Shown here: one piece after another, positions 42,161 to 56,231 of the stretch
How positions within the stretch are numbered: position 1 is the first letter of the stretch
Layout of the letters: each line of letters starts with the position of its first letter
The notes under the pieces: model-generated
Database searches by the model: none
What the model was told of the DNA's origin: nothing
What the model saw: only the letters and a program-made list of their open reading frames with translations
Assembly (NCBI RefSeq): GCF_009914755.1
Contig: NC_060931.1
Reading direction: 5' to 3' (one strand)
DNA from: the human T2T-CHM13v2.0 reference genome, Homo sapiens
Length of the DNA stretch: 64,000 nt
Made by a program: the position numbers and the translations under genes

Positions 42161-45100
42161 AATGCTACATATGTGGTCCAATGAACATACAAATGGGAGA
42201 TCTAATCGATTCTGAGGAATTAGAGATAGCTTCCTTAAAGAACTAATATTTAAACCAAGAACTAGAGAATGAATAGAAATTAGCTAAGGGAAAGGAAGCA
42301 ACCACAGCCACATGATCAAACATCACGTTTATTTAAGATATCGAAGGACTATTTTACAAAAGGCAATTTCTCGCTATGCTACAGTTGACATATTTCCACG
42401 TCGTACTTCTTACTGTGCCATTGGGCCTACAGCAAACCTGCCAGCATCTACCTCAGATGGCTAACTCAAAGGTTTTTTGTTTTTGTTTTTAAAGTTGATC
42501 CCATTAAACTCAGGCACATTTTGCTTTCTACCAACTCTGATGTCTTTGCAGTGCCAGGAAAAAAAAAGAAAGAAAGAAAGAAAACACTTCTAGGGAGAAA
42601 TGTCCAGCTGTGAATGCTCTTATGCACTTGCTTTTAGCAGCATCTCCAAAGCACGGTCCTCACTTGCCATCCTCAGGCCACATGTTTAATCAGGACTGTT
42701 AACATATCAAAAAGATTAGGTTGGCTGACTGAATGACTGCTTCTATCTTTCTTTTTTATAACATTCTTTGTCACGGGGCTGCCTAATTATTAAGATCTAC
42801 CTTACCAATAAAATAAAATGCCCTGCTTTTCCCCAGCTCTCAGATCAGCTTTACTGATTTTCTTTTTCTTTTGTCCCCAATATGGCTCAGCACAGCACCT
42901 TTACTGATCCTTTGATACTTTATGCATTACAGAGTTTGGGGCGTAAATTTTGATTTTTAAAAAATATTGCATTAATATATTATTTATCTTGATTTCTGAG
43001 TTTTTTGTTTTTGTTTTTTGTATTCCTTTAAATTTCATACCTGAGGCAAGTGCTTCATACTCCTGGCCCTGGTCCTGATGCTGAAGGAGTCCTGGTTACT
43101 CCCTTAAAGAATCTTAGCCTGTGCTGACAGCAGAGTGGGACACTTATGTCTACACTGCCCCAGAGGCTCCCAGCCATTGGAAAGACAGAAACAGCAGGAG
43201 GGAGAGAGGGATTTCATTCTCTTAAATCATATTCAAAGACAGCTCATGGAGCATTCTTGGAGCAAAGCATGGAGTGTAAACAAATTTGAATATTAGACAC
43301 AATTATTTCTGAAACATTTGTCTCTAAAAATATATATCATGGGTGTCAAATAGATTCTAAGATAAAAAATCTATTTTTTTAAAATAACCTTCATATCAGT
43401 CCTACTTCTAAGATTATAATCAAACCACAATTAGCAAAAGACATTAAAAACATAGGAAAACAAGATATTACAAACCAGAGGAATAATTTATTTCATGTGG
43501 GCTTCTCCATAACTACACCCATCCTCAGCCTTGAATCTTTTCTTGCAATTTGGCCACATTGAAATGGCTTGTGTGTATTTTAAGCTATCTATTTTTTTGT
43601 GTGTGTGATTCTTTAGAATTTCTACTTGATTTCTCAAGGGCTTGCTTTTACAGTTCCTAGATGTAGTCTACAAATATGCCATCTTCCATATCAATGTTAA
43701 CAGGCCTCCATTTAATATGAATAGAGCCCAGAATGTGAGGCTCCTAATGTTTTCTTGTTTGTACACGGTAAAGGCATTCATACCTTCATCTCCTCATCTC
43801 CTAAATGAAGGTTTTGGACTAAATGGCCATTAACATACTTTGCCATTTTCACATCCTGTGATCAAATAATTCTGTTCCACATATACATTTTATACTATAT
43901 GGAAGGCTTAGCTTAAGTTGACCTTATTGATACTTTTTTTGTCTTACCTTTTGTTTAATACTGAATTTTATTTTGAAATAACTACAACTAAAATGGAGCA
44001 CTTGGAAAATGATTTGTGGACTTCCAATCACAGCAAGAGTTTGGATTTCATACATTAGGCCTCCGATGATCTTTCCCATACTCTCTTATGTTCTGTTTTA
44101 AAATTGTATCCTTCTTTTATCATATTCCCTAAAATTTTCCTATATCTCAATGCTTTGATACTTTCACATGCAGAAGAGTGAAAGCATAGCACTGCTCACA
44201 TTTATTAACAAGCATTTATTTTTCCTTTGCCCCCTTTCTTTCCCGCTTTTTTTCTCTATTCTCTTTTCCTTTGTCTTCCTTTGACTCACTTTTCCCATTT
44301 TCTCCTTTCCTCTTCTTCTTATTTTCACTTATGACAGTTAACATGGTCCTAGATGTTCCAAAAAAAATAAATAAGTAAGCACAAATAACATTACAAATTG
44401 AATTTTATTCAACAGTTAAGTTATGCATACTAAATTTGATGCATATAGAATAACACAATAAGGAAAAGGTATTCCAAAACTGAAATGGGTTTGTGATTAT
44501 AACTAGTATATGGTGACTGAAAGTAAGTTTAGTAGGGAATGAGCAGTCTTGAGAAAAATGGAAATCAGGATTCTAAGGGAAATCAAAAAATAATATGTTG
44601 AGTGTGGGGCTAGGAAGTGACTAGGAGACGAACAGATGCAAAAATGCCCACATTATCTTTAGCTCTTTTTAGGGAAGTTGGACTCCTGACAACTCTTCTA
44701 ACTGTTGCCTTCCCTTAAAGCCTTCCCTAGGCATCCCCAAATTCAATGGTCCAGGCCCACTTTGTTTTCTCACCTGTATTCTAATACAGTCACACACAGA
44801 ACTTCTGTCACACCGAAGGTACTCATTCACTTGCACATCTGCTGTCCTGCTTCCCACTAAACACCAGTCCCCTGGAGGACATGGCTGTACATTATTCGGC
44901 TTTGAATTTGAAATGTGGCACATATCAGACACCTATCTTCAAATTCTCTGTCCCCCGTTTACAATTCATGCAGATACACACAATATTTCTTTTAATATTT
45001 CGGAGCCACAATCTCCTTATTTGTAAAATTAGGAAAATACTACCCTTTATTGTGTTATTCTATATGCATTGAATTAAAATAAAAGAGATAGGTTTAAGCT

Positions 45101-46777
45101 TCCCTTAAAAACTGAATAACTACCCAAACTTTTGTTTTTGAAAACTTAACACATTTTTGGAAGAGGCATTCTCTGAGCATCCTATATTTGTCACCTAAAT
45201 TTTTTCAGTATAATGCTATGAAAGAGGTTTCTGGTCCATTTTCGAGCCTATAGAGTCTTTTTTAATGACTATTTCTCTTTTTTCCCCCTCATCTTCAAAA
45301 GTAATATCAGCTAAAACTCTTTGTAGCTTTAAATGAGCATTACAGACTAGAAAAGAAATACCTAAACTGAGTAAGCCAAATTATTTAGTTGTGAAAAATT
45401 ATGCAAACATCTGAAGCATGAATTCCCTCTTCTTGTCAGCTTTACGTAATTTAAGCAACTAACTATATATCTAGCCAAATTTAACGAGCTCACATCTTAA
45501 TTATGCTCACTAAGCCATTTATTTTTTTATTTTCTCAAAATTCTGGCACAATTCTCAAAATAGCGAAAAGTGTGCTGATGAAAATCAATGATATCCAAAG
45601 GAAAAAATTTGATGTTCTGAAGTACAAAAATATATTATGAAGTTTGGTTGTGCTCTCCTTGCTTAAAGTACATAATAATGGATAAAATGTTAGGCTTTTT
45701 CTTTCTTTTGCAATAGCATATTACTATAAAAATGTGATACTAGGTCCCACTATAATAGCACAAATCCTATTTTGTAGTATTTCACAAATCCTAATTTAAT
45801 ATGTGAATTGAAGAAGACATTTTCTTATTATATTTGCTTTTGTTTTTGATATTTGCTCATATTAAAAAGATGAAGTAACAAAAATGTACAAAGATTTCTT
45901 CATTTTTGTCCCTAAAAGATTATAAAATGTTTTGCTAATTTATTATATAATTTGTCATGCTTAAGCAATAATGAAAATTAGTTTTACAAATATGAGTTTG
46001 AATAACTTGTGTTTTATACCATTCATATATAGTTCAACTGACTCACAGTTTTTATATGTAACTTAACAGTTTTTATATGTAAATAACTCATTTACTTAAA
46101 GAGCTATCTGAAATAGGATTCAACATGATACAAGAAATAATAAGTCACAAGTGTATTTACACTGATAATCAGAAATAAATGTCTCACTTTTACTAAATTA
46201 TGAAATTCAAATTTATGTATGCCCTACTTTAAGAATATAGAATTTTCAAATTTTCAAATTTATGAAATATGTTTTTATCAAAAATATACTTTATAAAATA
46301 ACCATTTTGTCTTGTGTTTTTCTGAGATGATTAATCGATGCTAGATTAATAAATTCTACATTATATATAATAATTATATTTTCAACCAATTCTTCAGAGA
46401 CATATATATTGCATAAAAGGAGAGAAACATAGTCTCGCCAATTCTCTATAAACTTCAGCGATATTTGAAACCATTTTGCACAGTCCAAAAAGAGTAACAT
46501 TTAGAAGTCTCACAAAGCAGTTATCCAATTTACCATTTCCTTTTCCTTCTAGTGAATTCACCAGTGAAGCATTATAATCAAATATCATCCATAAAAAACA
46601 AATAGCAGCATTAAAAGTTTTATCTATTTCTAACTTTTTGAGCTAATGTAAGTTAAAAGTTAATAATCTTAAACATTTAAACTAAGTTGAAATTTATAGC
46701 CATATGATTTTAAAGCCCAAAATACGAGTGATTTTATACTTTGTAGTTCCAATTAAATAATTCAGAGGAAAAATTAC

Positions 46778-46889
46778 CTTTGCTGGTGGCTCAGGCGAAG
46801 AATCCGTGAGACTCAATCTCTCCATTTGTTTTGTATGTACCATAAGCATTATCTTTCTGTTTACTCCCACTTCTCCTCTTTTTCTACTT
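46778..46889 (-). other. Candidate internal minus-strand exon
   Basis: Donor AAG|GTAATT at 46778/46777; acceptor 'ttggcctcccttag|' at 46889. One open frame, SRKRGEVGVNRKIMLMVHTKQMERLSLTDSSPEPPAK (within track ORF 46694..46903). It is a GC/CpG-richer island inside very AT-rich repeat-poor DNA. Confidence 0.35.
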
Positions 46890-47380
46890 CTAAGGGAGGC
46901 CAAGCTATATAAACCATGATTTAGTTCCTCTTTTTGATGTTACATTCATTTCTCATATTTTCGTATAATGGTAAAGAGGAGGAGTAATATTTATGAGCTC
47001 ATGATTTCAACAAATTGCAATTACAAACACCAGTCCAATTCTTTACTTTTTTTGCTGTATGGAATATTTTATTATTTTATCAACAACTATCTATACACAA
47101 ATAAAAGTTACAGGTGCTTAATAGAAAAAACTGAGTAGCAAGCACAAATTTAACTGTGCCATAAGAGGACAATATTGCCACTGTTAGGTGAAAGCCCCTG
47201 GGAGAAAATAAATTGTCCCTCAATCATCATAATCTGGCTTCAGTTTCTCTGGATTTTACAAATCCTTCCTAGAGAAGTCAATAAGTAAAACAAAGCAGGA
47301 AACACTGGGCTTACCACATTCAGAGTCTTGTAGGGCAAGTTGGTTATCACCCCGGGAAATAAAAAGAAAGAAAGGGCAAA

Positions 47381-47382
<2 letters not shown>

Positions 47383-47423
<41 letters not shown>
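47383..47423. repeat. (GT)20 microsatellite
   Basis: Uninterrupted GT run. Confidence 0.98.
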
Positions 47424-47426
<3 letters not shown>

Positions 47427-47439
47427 ACGTGCATATGAC

Positions 47440-47790
47440 AATTATTACCAGTGTTGACCACTTCACTCAAATTCAATTCTTCTCTACTTCTAGCTCACTC
47501 AGAGTTAGTAGTGGCCACGAGTCTAGTTCTGGTCAATGAAGAGGGAGGGCTGAAACACTTTCTTGCCAGTGCTTGACTCTACAGCTCTCCTCTGCAGCTG
47601 ACTCAGTGATCACCAAAGCAGGTGTCCAGATGGAGCGTCCATCAGCTCAGGCCTCAAGTGGTTCTGATGAACAAAGCTTCCTTATAAGCTATGTTGGACT
47701 CGTAGCATAAATGAAAAATAAACTATTTTATTAAAACTACTGAGATCTGGGGGGTTGTATGCTATAACCTAGCCAATTCTGACTGACTCA
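47440..47790 (+). mobile_element. Old MaLR LTR remnant (MLT1I/J-like)
   Basis: 'agttagtagtggccacgagtctagttctggtcaatgaa…gtagcataaatgaaaaataaact…ctactgagatctgggg…ataacctagccaattctgactgactca'. Confidence 0.7.
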
Positions 47791-48337
47791 GGAATGAAGT
47801 TATAATTAATATATTTTGAAAAGCAGTGTGCCATTTAACATCCATATGTAGAACAACAACAATATCCTCTGCTCACTCCGGTATAATACATGGGCTACCT
47901 TCCCTCTAGAGCGGATATGAGGAATAGTAGTATGAGAGAATGGAAAGAGGAGAAGGTTAGAAGATCCGGATACTTGTCTAAAGTAATGCAAACTAATTAG
48001 CAGCAGATCTTGGTCCACTCACTAACTTGTATGCATTACTGTGGACAAGTCATTTCAGCACTCTAAACTCAAGTTTCTCATTTGTAAAATGGAGACAATA
48101 ATAGCTTCTCTGTCTTATAACAAAGGTGAGTATCAAATTTTTGTGTGTTGCCATTACTAGATCATAGAAATATATTCTATTCTTCTCTAAATTCCCAATT
48201 ACCTAGTAAAATATCTTACAGTACCATAAGTACTAAATAGGTGGTTAATAATTAATGGCAAATTCTATTCCAACAATTATGTAAGCCTTTAACTAATGTC
48301 TAACTCTGATTTATAGAATACACTTACTTCTTACCAT

Positions 48338-48614
48338 GAGTTCCACATCAATGGATGCAAACAATCATAGAATGAAAATGTTTGGAGAAAAAAACAATAA
48401 AAATAAGAAAATAACAAAAGCAATATAATAATTTTATTTGTATTTTTATTGTTAACAAAAACAATAAGTTTATTTCATTAACAAAAAAATTCAAATAAAA
48501 ATGTATAACAATTATGTTTATAGCACTTATATTATATTAGATATTATCAGTAATCTAAAGATGATTTAAGGGGTCCTGGAACCAGTATCCTGCAGATACT
48601 GAAGGACAACTGTA
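48338..48614. mobile_element. MER2/Tigger-family DNA transposon remnant
   Basis: 'atcagtaatctaaagatgatttaa…ggggtcctggaaccagtatcctgcagatactgaaggacaactgta', ending in a TIR plus TA. Confidence 0.75.
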
Positions 48615-48679
48615 TGTGAGAACATGTTCTTTATGAAGTACCTTGCTAGCAAAGTGTTTAATTACTTTTTAATGTGTTA

Positions 48680-49640
48680 AATACTTATTAATCATCTACC
48701 ACATGTCAGGCACTGTTCTAAGCATTAGAGGAGTGAATCAGGGAACAAATTAGACAAATTATCTGCTATGATGGAGGAAAATAGACAATGATAGGCAAAG
48801 GCTGTGTGTGCTAGAAGGGGGGAGGAAAGGGTGAATCTGATAGATGGCCAGGAACCTCCTTGTTAAGTTGACATTTGAGCAGTTAATTGAGTGAAAGAAT
48901 GCAAACCATGTAGGTACTTGAGGGACTGACATTCCAGGCAGTAGGCACAGCATGTGTAAGGGCTCTGAGGTAAGAAGAGTATTCTGGTGCTTAAAGAATA
49001 GCATGATCATGTCCTTTGCAGGGACATGGATGGAGCTGGAGGTCACTATCCTTAGCAGACTAACACAGGAACAGAAAACCTAATACCACATGTTCTCACT
49101 TATAAGTGGGAGCTAAATAATGAGAACACAGGGACACTTAGAGGGGAACAGGACACACTGGGGCCTTTTGGATGGTGGAGGGTTGGAGGAGGGAGAGGAT
49201 CAGGAAAAATAACTAATGGGTACCAGGCTTAATACCCGGGTGATGAAATAATCTGTACAACAAACCCCCATGACACAAGTTTACCTGTGTAGCCAACTTG
49301 GCACTTGTACCCCTGAACTTAAAATAAAAGTTAAAAAAATAGTATTAAAGCCATTTAGACTCAGGCAACATGAGTAAGAGAAAGAATATAAGGGATAAGA
49401 TCAGAGAAATGAAAGAGGAACCAGGTGCCTAGCAGGCTATGATGAGGACAATGAATATTATTCTTAGCATTAGAAAGCATTAGAAGGTTTTGAGCAGAGG
49501 AGAAACATGATTCAACTTATATTTTCAAAGGATCACCAAGTCACCCAGGCTGCTTTGTGGAGGACAGACTGGGGAGGGGGGTGCAATTACAGAAGCAGGA
49601 AGATGAATTGGAAGGCTACTGAAATAGTCCAGCTGAAAAA
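48680..49640 (-). mobile_element. L2 remnant (host of the L1PA insertion)
   Basis: 'atctaccacatgtcaggcactgttctaagca', 'acattccaggcagtaggcacagcatgtgtaagggctctgagg', 'gaaggttttgagcagaggagaaacatga'. Confidence 0.75.
49003..49339 (+). mobile_element. 5'-truncated L1PA13-16-like 3' end
   Basis: 'atcatgtcctttgcagggacatggatggagctggagg…ggagggagaggatcaggaaaaataactaatgggtaccaggc…ctgaacttaaaataaaagttaaaaaaa'. TSD-like aaa(g/a)aatag(c/t)at. Confidence 0.9.
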
Positions 49641-50045
49641 ATTGGTCCCAACTCCCTTGATGATATATGCACATATATAAGAAAACCAGGTTTTCTTACT
49701 GCAGCCATTCACAGGGTCTTTCCTATATTACTATGGCAAGAGTCAAACTGGAGAGCCAAGAAATGTGTCTGCATATGCAGGAATATATATATATATGGCG
49801 CTATATGCAGGAATATATATAGCGCTATATACATACAGCTATAGTCAGAGATAGCATCATGATATGGATAGCAGGAAAGGAGGGCTTTGCTTTAACAGAT
49901 GTACAAGAACAGAGTTTGTGTAGGAGAAGGAGGAGGAAGAGAAATTTTATTTGCTAAAGGTTAGTTATTTTGAAAATGTGTTCTTTGATGAGAAGGATCA
50001 GGAATCAGGATAGTCTAGATAGAAAACACAGAGGCAACATATGTG

Positions 50046-50046
<1 letters not shown>

Positions 50047-50075
<29 letters not shown>
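50047..50075. repeat. (CA)n microsatellite
   Basis: CA run of about 14 units. Confidence 0.95.
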
Positions 50076-50079
<4 letters not shown>

Positions 50080-53000
50080 CACCAAACAAACAAAAAGAAA
50101 GGCCTGTTGATCTATTTCTGAAGAGACATGAGAAGAGTTATTTAGAAAGAAGAGCCAGCAGGAGGCAATGTAGGCTTACAAAGTACAATAGGCACATCAG
50201 CCTAGAAATCTTCAATCAATCAATCAAACCTTTCATAATGTAACTAATAGGGAGGAAAACATACTGGGAGGCATAGGATTACTGTGAGCTGTTTTGTAAA
50301 ATACTCAGTAGTCATTGGTTTCTATTGTTGTAACAAAATATCCCTTTGTTATATATGATTAGCAAAATTGCCAGTGCCTGCATTTACAAATCCTAAACTC
50401 TATAGAGTTCATTTTCCTAAATTTCAACTACATTTGAGCTAATCAATAAATGGTCCCCTGACAATATAGCCCAGAGTTTAATTCCAGAGAAACCAGGAAG
50501 GGACCACTGTTACCAGGAGCAGAGTATTATCCCAAAGAACAACTGCAAATTCAATTGTTCAGGTTGGTTGGAGGTCATGTTCTATGTTCTACATGAACAG
50601 GAAAAGGACAGAGGCATTGTCTGGGTAGTCCATCCCAAAGAAACCACAGGGCAAAGTCTGGGACAAAAGAAGAAACACTAAAGCTGCCATGCACTTGCAT
50701 CTTGAAGTCAGAGCAGCCAGGAAAGCTACTGTTCCAAAAGCTGCTTGAGAACTTCTGAGACTATTAATGTTGGCACAGCTCAGTCCCACAGACCAGCAGC
50801 TCAATAGAAATCCCTGGAATTTCTAAAGGTATCTGATGTTTCTAACTTGCCACTACCAGCTGTCAGGAGTATACACTCAGCACAGTAAAGAGCCCACAAA
50901 TGTGCCCAGTTTACCTGGAAACTACCTTTTCCTCTATATTAGTGCTGTATTCCTCTAAGGGGTTGAATAAGTAGGACACAGGCTGAGCTTCTGAAATAGA
51001 GACCCCAAATACAGTGGTATAAACAAAGTGTAAGTTTATTTTGTGCTCATTTGATTATGCAGAGATTAGTAGTCCCAGATCGGGTGAGAGAATCTGCCTT
51101 TCTCAACAGGGTGTTCCATCTCTGGGCCACCTTGGCTGTCCCAGTCGCATCACCTTCTAGTAACACACATCACTTTCTCTCCTATTCCTTTGGTCCCAAC
51201 TAAGTCTATGAGAGGAACTGGGAAACAGAATGCCTACCGAGCAGCCACACACCCTTCAGAAACTCAAGATTTCTTTTTAAAATAAGGGGAGATGAATCCG
51301 GATAGACGTCTAGGAAACTCTGCCATGGGTAACTTGACAAATCATCACAAACGTGAGGCTTGAGAAGAGATTAATTGGGATTTTCCCTGTTTTATAGAAG
51401 AAGAAACTAAAATAAAGTTGTATGACATTTTTTTAACTCATTCAGAAAAATCTAGAAGTCAGTGGGTGACTTTCCTTGCTGTCATTCGTTATAAAAACTC
51501 CATGCTTATACACTTGTTTTTGTAAGCATTTACATCCTTTGTACATACACAAAATTTTGCTGGAAATAATTTTATTCCTCCTCCTATTACTTTTAAAATT
51601 ATCAGTGGTCCAGAGTTCAAAGATTAAGAATTATAAAATAGACCATGGAAAATTTAGCAATAATTGAGCTCTCCATGTCTGGTACTTATGTAGAAGCATG
51701 TTTTAATAAACATCTGCAGAACATATGCTCAGTGGAAAACCCCTTTGACTGAGCAAGATTGAGAAATGTTTCACCCAGAATCATCACTCCCATTTCCAAA
51801 TGAATGCATATAATTCCCCAGCAAGAGATTTTTAAGGCTTGATTCTTTTATGTTAAAGTAAATATGCAGGAAAATATTAAATAATTATGAATGTCTATGC
51901 AATATGATAATATTAGTAATGCTGCACCACAATTGCTGGGGGTGATAATAGGCATTTTACAAACATCACTTCTAATTCTGACAGCAATTCTGGGCAGATA
52001 TTATAATAACCATTTTAAAACAGAAAATAAAGGCTTGAACAATTTAACAACCTTGCCCATAATTACACAGCTTGTAAGTGACCGACCTGGAAGGTCAGTG
52101 GAGATCTTTCAGTATTTAAAATTTGCATGGGACATGTTAAAGTAGCATTGTGTGTTGGCACTGCTGTTGAATCATAAATGTGCTCCATGGACTGTTTAAG
52201 TTAGACGGTGACCTTCTAGAAGGTGCCAGCCTTGAAATAACCACTACCTTCATTGTAAGTTCCCTTTCCATGAGTTTTCTTTTATTTTTACACCTTTGTT
52301 ATTTTCTTTTTCTATTTTATTTAAGTATCAACAGGGAAAACAATCTAAGAAATGTTTACTATGTAATGAGCAATTTCACTTTTTAAGATATTAATATCAA
52401 ACGAAGACCTTGGCTGATAGATTATAAGGAATAGAACGCACACTGTGAACTTAGAAATGACCCATATCCAACTTCAGTATGGTTATTTGTGACTTGTTAA
52501 TTCAGTGAACCTTTTTGAGAAAAGAATGCCATTAGCCAAAATGCCATCATTAGGTTATTCATGCTAACCTCTTAATTCTATCAGTACAATTAATTATCTT
52601 ACTTTTTCTGTTTTCAGTGAAATTACTATATAGAAGGTTAGTACAAGCAAGGCAATAGGGGAATTCATCTAACATAGAGAATAGAACAAATAAAGCAAAC
52701 AATCTAAAAACAAAACTTTCTTCAGGAAATAGATCTATTTTCATAAAGTAAAATCTACAGTGGAGTTTACTCTTATATTTTAAAAACTATTAGGACATCA
52801 GCAATTGGTATTCTTCACTTCTCTATTCTTGTTAATGTAGTTCCTCTTTATTCTACTTGCATAATAAAAAAGTAATAACAGTCTTAGTTCTTGTTAGAAA
52901 GTCCCTAGGTGGTGGTGGCGCAGATTGGAATTAAACTGCTGACTCACTCTCATATGACTGCACTGTAAAGTCCTAGAATTCGGGGGTCTAGAAAGAAAAT

Positions 53001-53544
53001 TTTGTATCAAATACACTACACAGTCACAAGAAAGTAGCAAATTTAGATTTGAATGTGCTGTGGTTAGATGGAATTTCCATAGGCTACAAAATACACCTGA
53101 ACTTCCGATTTTAAAATCTAAGGCTCCATTGTAACATTTCAGGATTAATGACTGAACAACTTGTTACAGGCCACTTGAGGGGAAGACTGGAGGGAAAGGT
53201 GCCAATATTCCACACTGTCTTAAAAAGTTAAGGAATACTACTGGGTAAGTGGGAATGCACCAAGCTCAGTAGCATTACTACGCATTTGCCTAACTGCAGT
53301 AAGAGGAAACAGTGGGTGAAGGAAGTCCAGGCTCTATGAAGGCATGGCATAAATCCATTTCACTAAGCTGTTGGCCATCGCTGATGCTATCCTTGTGAAC
53401 AAGATGATCAAATTTCAGATGATTCAGGCTTGAAGATTGATGTTGCTTTGAGGAACAGGCATTGGTTAAATACCAATGGACTCCAACAAGTCAACCTTGT
53501 AATCAGCTCTCAGGAGGAAAATATAAAACCTGCTGTTCTGATTC

Positions 53545-54990
53545 TTGCCCATTTGCCCTACCCCACTGCTCCTACCCACCATGCCATTCTCTACCCTGCT
53601 TCGCCCTGCTCTGTGCCCAGGAACAAAGGCTGATTTACTATGGAGCTAATGAAGCTTCAGCTCAGGACTCCATAGATGTTACCTCTTCCAAACTTTGTGC
53701 CTAATGTAATTTGGAACTATTTTTCTTATAGATGGCCTGCTCCTCACTGTATAAGCCTCATCTCTACCTAATTTGGAGTCAGCCCTGTCCAGGAGGCTGA
53801 ATCCTATAGACTATCAACTGATACGATAAGCAAAAACAATGGCCCCTCTAAAGACATTCACATCCTAATCCCTGGAACTTGTGAACATGTTACCTTATGT
53901 GGCAGAAGAAGTCGGTGATGCTATGTGAAGACTCAATCTTCCATTGCTGGCTTTGAAAATGGAGGAGCTGGCCACGAGCTAAGGAATATGGAGGGAATTT
54001 TGAAACTGGAAAACGCAAGGAAATGGATTCTCCTCTAGAGCCCCCAGAAAGGAATACAGCCCTGCCGACACTTTTATTTGAGCCCAGTGAGACCTTTGTA
54101 GGACTTCTGACCTACAGAACTGTTAGATAAAAAATTTATATTATTTAAGCCACCAAGCTTGTGGTCATTTGTTACAGCAGTAATAGGGAACTGCAGCTGG
54201 CTTCTGGTTGAATTTGGCTAATGGGAATCATCTGAAGAAGATCAGATGCTGAGAGGAAGAAGTGGTTGGAGTACTCCTTTACTATTCTCCACTTGCTCTG
54301 CGCTGAGTGTCCTGGTGAGGGCGACATCTCTCCCCAGCTAGAATGTCTCCTCCACTGCTCTGGCTCTCAATGGGATGCTGAGGCACCATTTCCTGTTTGC
54401 CCCTTCAAGCCTAGGGCTGGTAAGGACTTCCTGTTCTTATCTGTCTTCTTACTCTACCCACAATTTCATAAGTAGTTCGTGAAGTAGCTCAAATAGTGTT
54501 CCCCAAAATTCACGTTCACCCAGAACCTCAGAAGGTGACCATATTTGGAAATAGGGTCTGTGAAGGTATAATTAACTAAGGATCTTGAGATGAAATCATC
54601 GGATATTTAGGGTGACCCCTAAATCCAATGACTGGTGTCTTTGTGAGAAGAGGAAAAAACACAGAGAGACACACCAAGAAAGCCATGTGAAGATGGAGGC
54701 AGATTAGGGTGATGCCTCTTCAAGCCAGTGAATGCCCAGGATTGTGAGCAAACACCAGATACTAAGAGAGACGCATGGGCTTTCCCTCAGAGCCTCTAGA
54801 AGAAACCAATTCTGTCAACACCTTAAGTTTGGACTTCTAGCCTCCTTAACTGTGAGAAAATAAATTTCTTTTGTTTTAAGCCACTGGGTTTGCGGTAATT
54901 TATTATGGCATCTCTGGGGAATTAATGCAACACCTTTGTTAAAGTCTCTTGAAGCATTCAAGTAGGCTTCCATTTTCCACTCTGGCTGGC
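53545..54990 (+). mobile_element. Nested LTR cluster: LTR33/16-like host with two MLT1 insertions (~53820-54192 and ~54480-54929)
   Basis: Both inserts have MLT1 ends ('ttgtggtcatttgttacagcagtaatagggaac'; 'ttgcggtaattattatggcatctctggggaattaatgca'). Host motif 'ctggcttctggttgaatttggctaatgggaa' resumes after the first insert. Confidence 0.75.
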
Positions 54991-56039
54991 AGAATTCTAT
55001 TTTTATTACCCTTTAAAATGGCACAAAAATAGGAGGAATAGTTATCTTCTGGATTATGGGGTCAAAATTAAAAATAATCTTAAAAATCTAGCATAAAGGG
55101 CTGTACCTGGAAAATGTGAAAAATAACAGCTTTGTACTTCAGTTCAAAAAAATCAGTTGCCATTATTGCCCATGGAACCTTAGACAAATCACTTAGTATT
55201 CCTGACTCTAAGTTATATCATGTTTAGAATGGAGATGATAAAACCTGTTCCCCTTACATTCTTTTAAGAGCAAGAAGAAATAACTGAATACAGGGAAATG
55301 AGTGCAGAATAGGAGTCATTCGATATGAAGCTAAACTTGGCTTTGTCACCAATAAGCTGTGTAAATCTTCCTTAAGTAAATTAACCTTAATGTTCTCTAG
55401 TTCTCTCATGAGAAGGTTGGACTAGATGCTTGACAAGTGGATCATTTAGTCCTAATATTCTATAAATTGATTGCATAGTACAACAAATATGTGAATAAAC
55501 AGTCATCCTCATGAAAAAGACCAAGGGGATTTTTGGTAGTTGATCACATGCTTAATATTAACCAACTATGGCATGTGACTGCTAAAAAAAAAAGAGTGAT
55601 TAATTAACTAATTAATGCAAAAGAAAAAATGAAAACAGTATAGACTTAGTCTATTTTAGAAATATCCCTATCTAAGAGAAGATAAGTATCCTACTAAGCT
55701 GTGTTGTATGATCAGTTATAAATATCACATTTTCAAAAGAATATTAAGAATGATGAATATTGTCAAAACAGGATTATCAGGATAGTTTGGCATCTAAAAA
55801 ATATCACATATGTATTGCTTTAATGAGCAAAGAACACATATCCTGAAGAAGGAAAAGTTTAAAAGGATAAACAGGGAGAACTAAGGCCAGTGAATCAAAG
55901 TAGAGCAAAAGCAATTTTAGAAGCAAGATCAAGAAAAGAACTATCGTAATTAGAATTGCCAAGTAGTAGAATGGTAATGTTGGTCACTAGACTTACTCAA
56001 AGGTAAGGCTGGGTCACATCTTACAGTTGCTATCAACCT

Positions 56040-56231
56040 ATCAGTGGTTTGTTAAAGCAAGAGACAATTGTTAGTACCTCTTCCAAACTCCATATTCACT
56101 GACATTATTTCAGTAGGTTGAAATTGGCCAACTTGGGAGTATATACACCACTGAAGTCAGCAAACACTAAAAAACACGGGCCTTTGTTTTCCCTGGACAT
56201 CTGGTGGTTAAATATTTACCACCACACTACT
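56040..56231. mobile_element. hAT MITE remnant (MER63-like)
   Basis: 'ggttgaaattggccaacttgggagtatatacaccactgaagtcagcaaacact…gttaaatatttaccaccacactactg'. Confidence 0.5.

Noticed and set aside
49772-49830. Short tandem duplications here and at ~46045-46081 and ~37980-38002 resembling repeat arrays
   Set aside because: These are two-copy slippage products without unique spacers. They are not CRISPR-like, and this is a mammalian genome.
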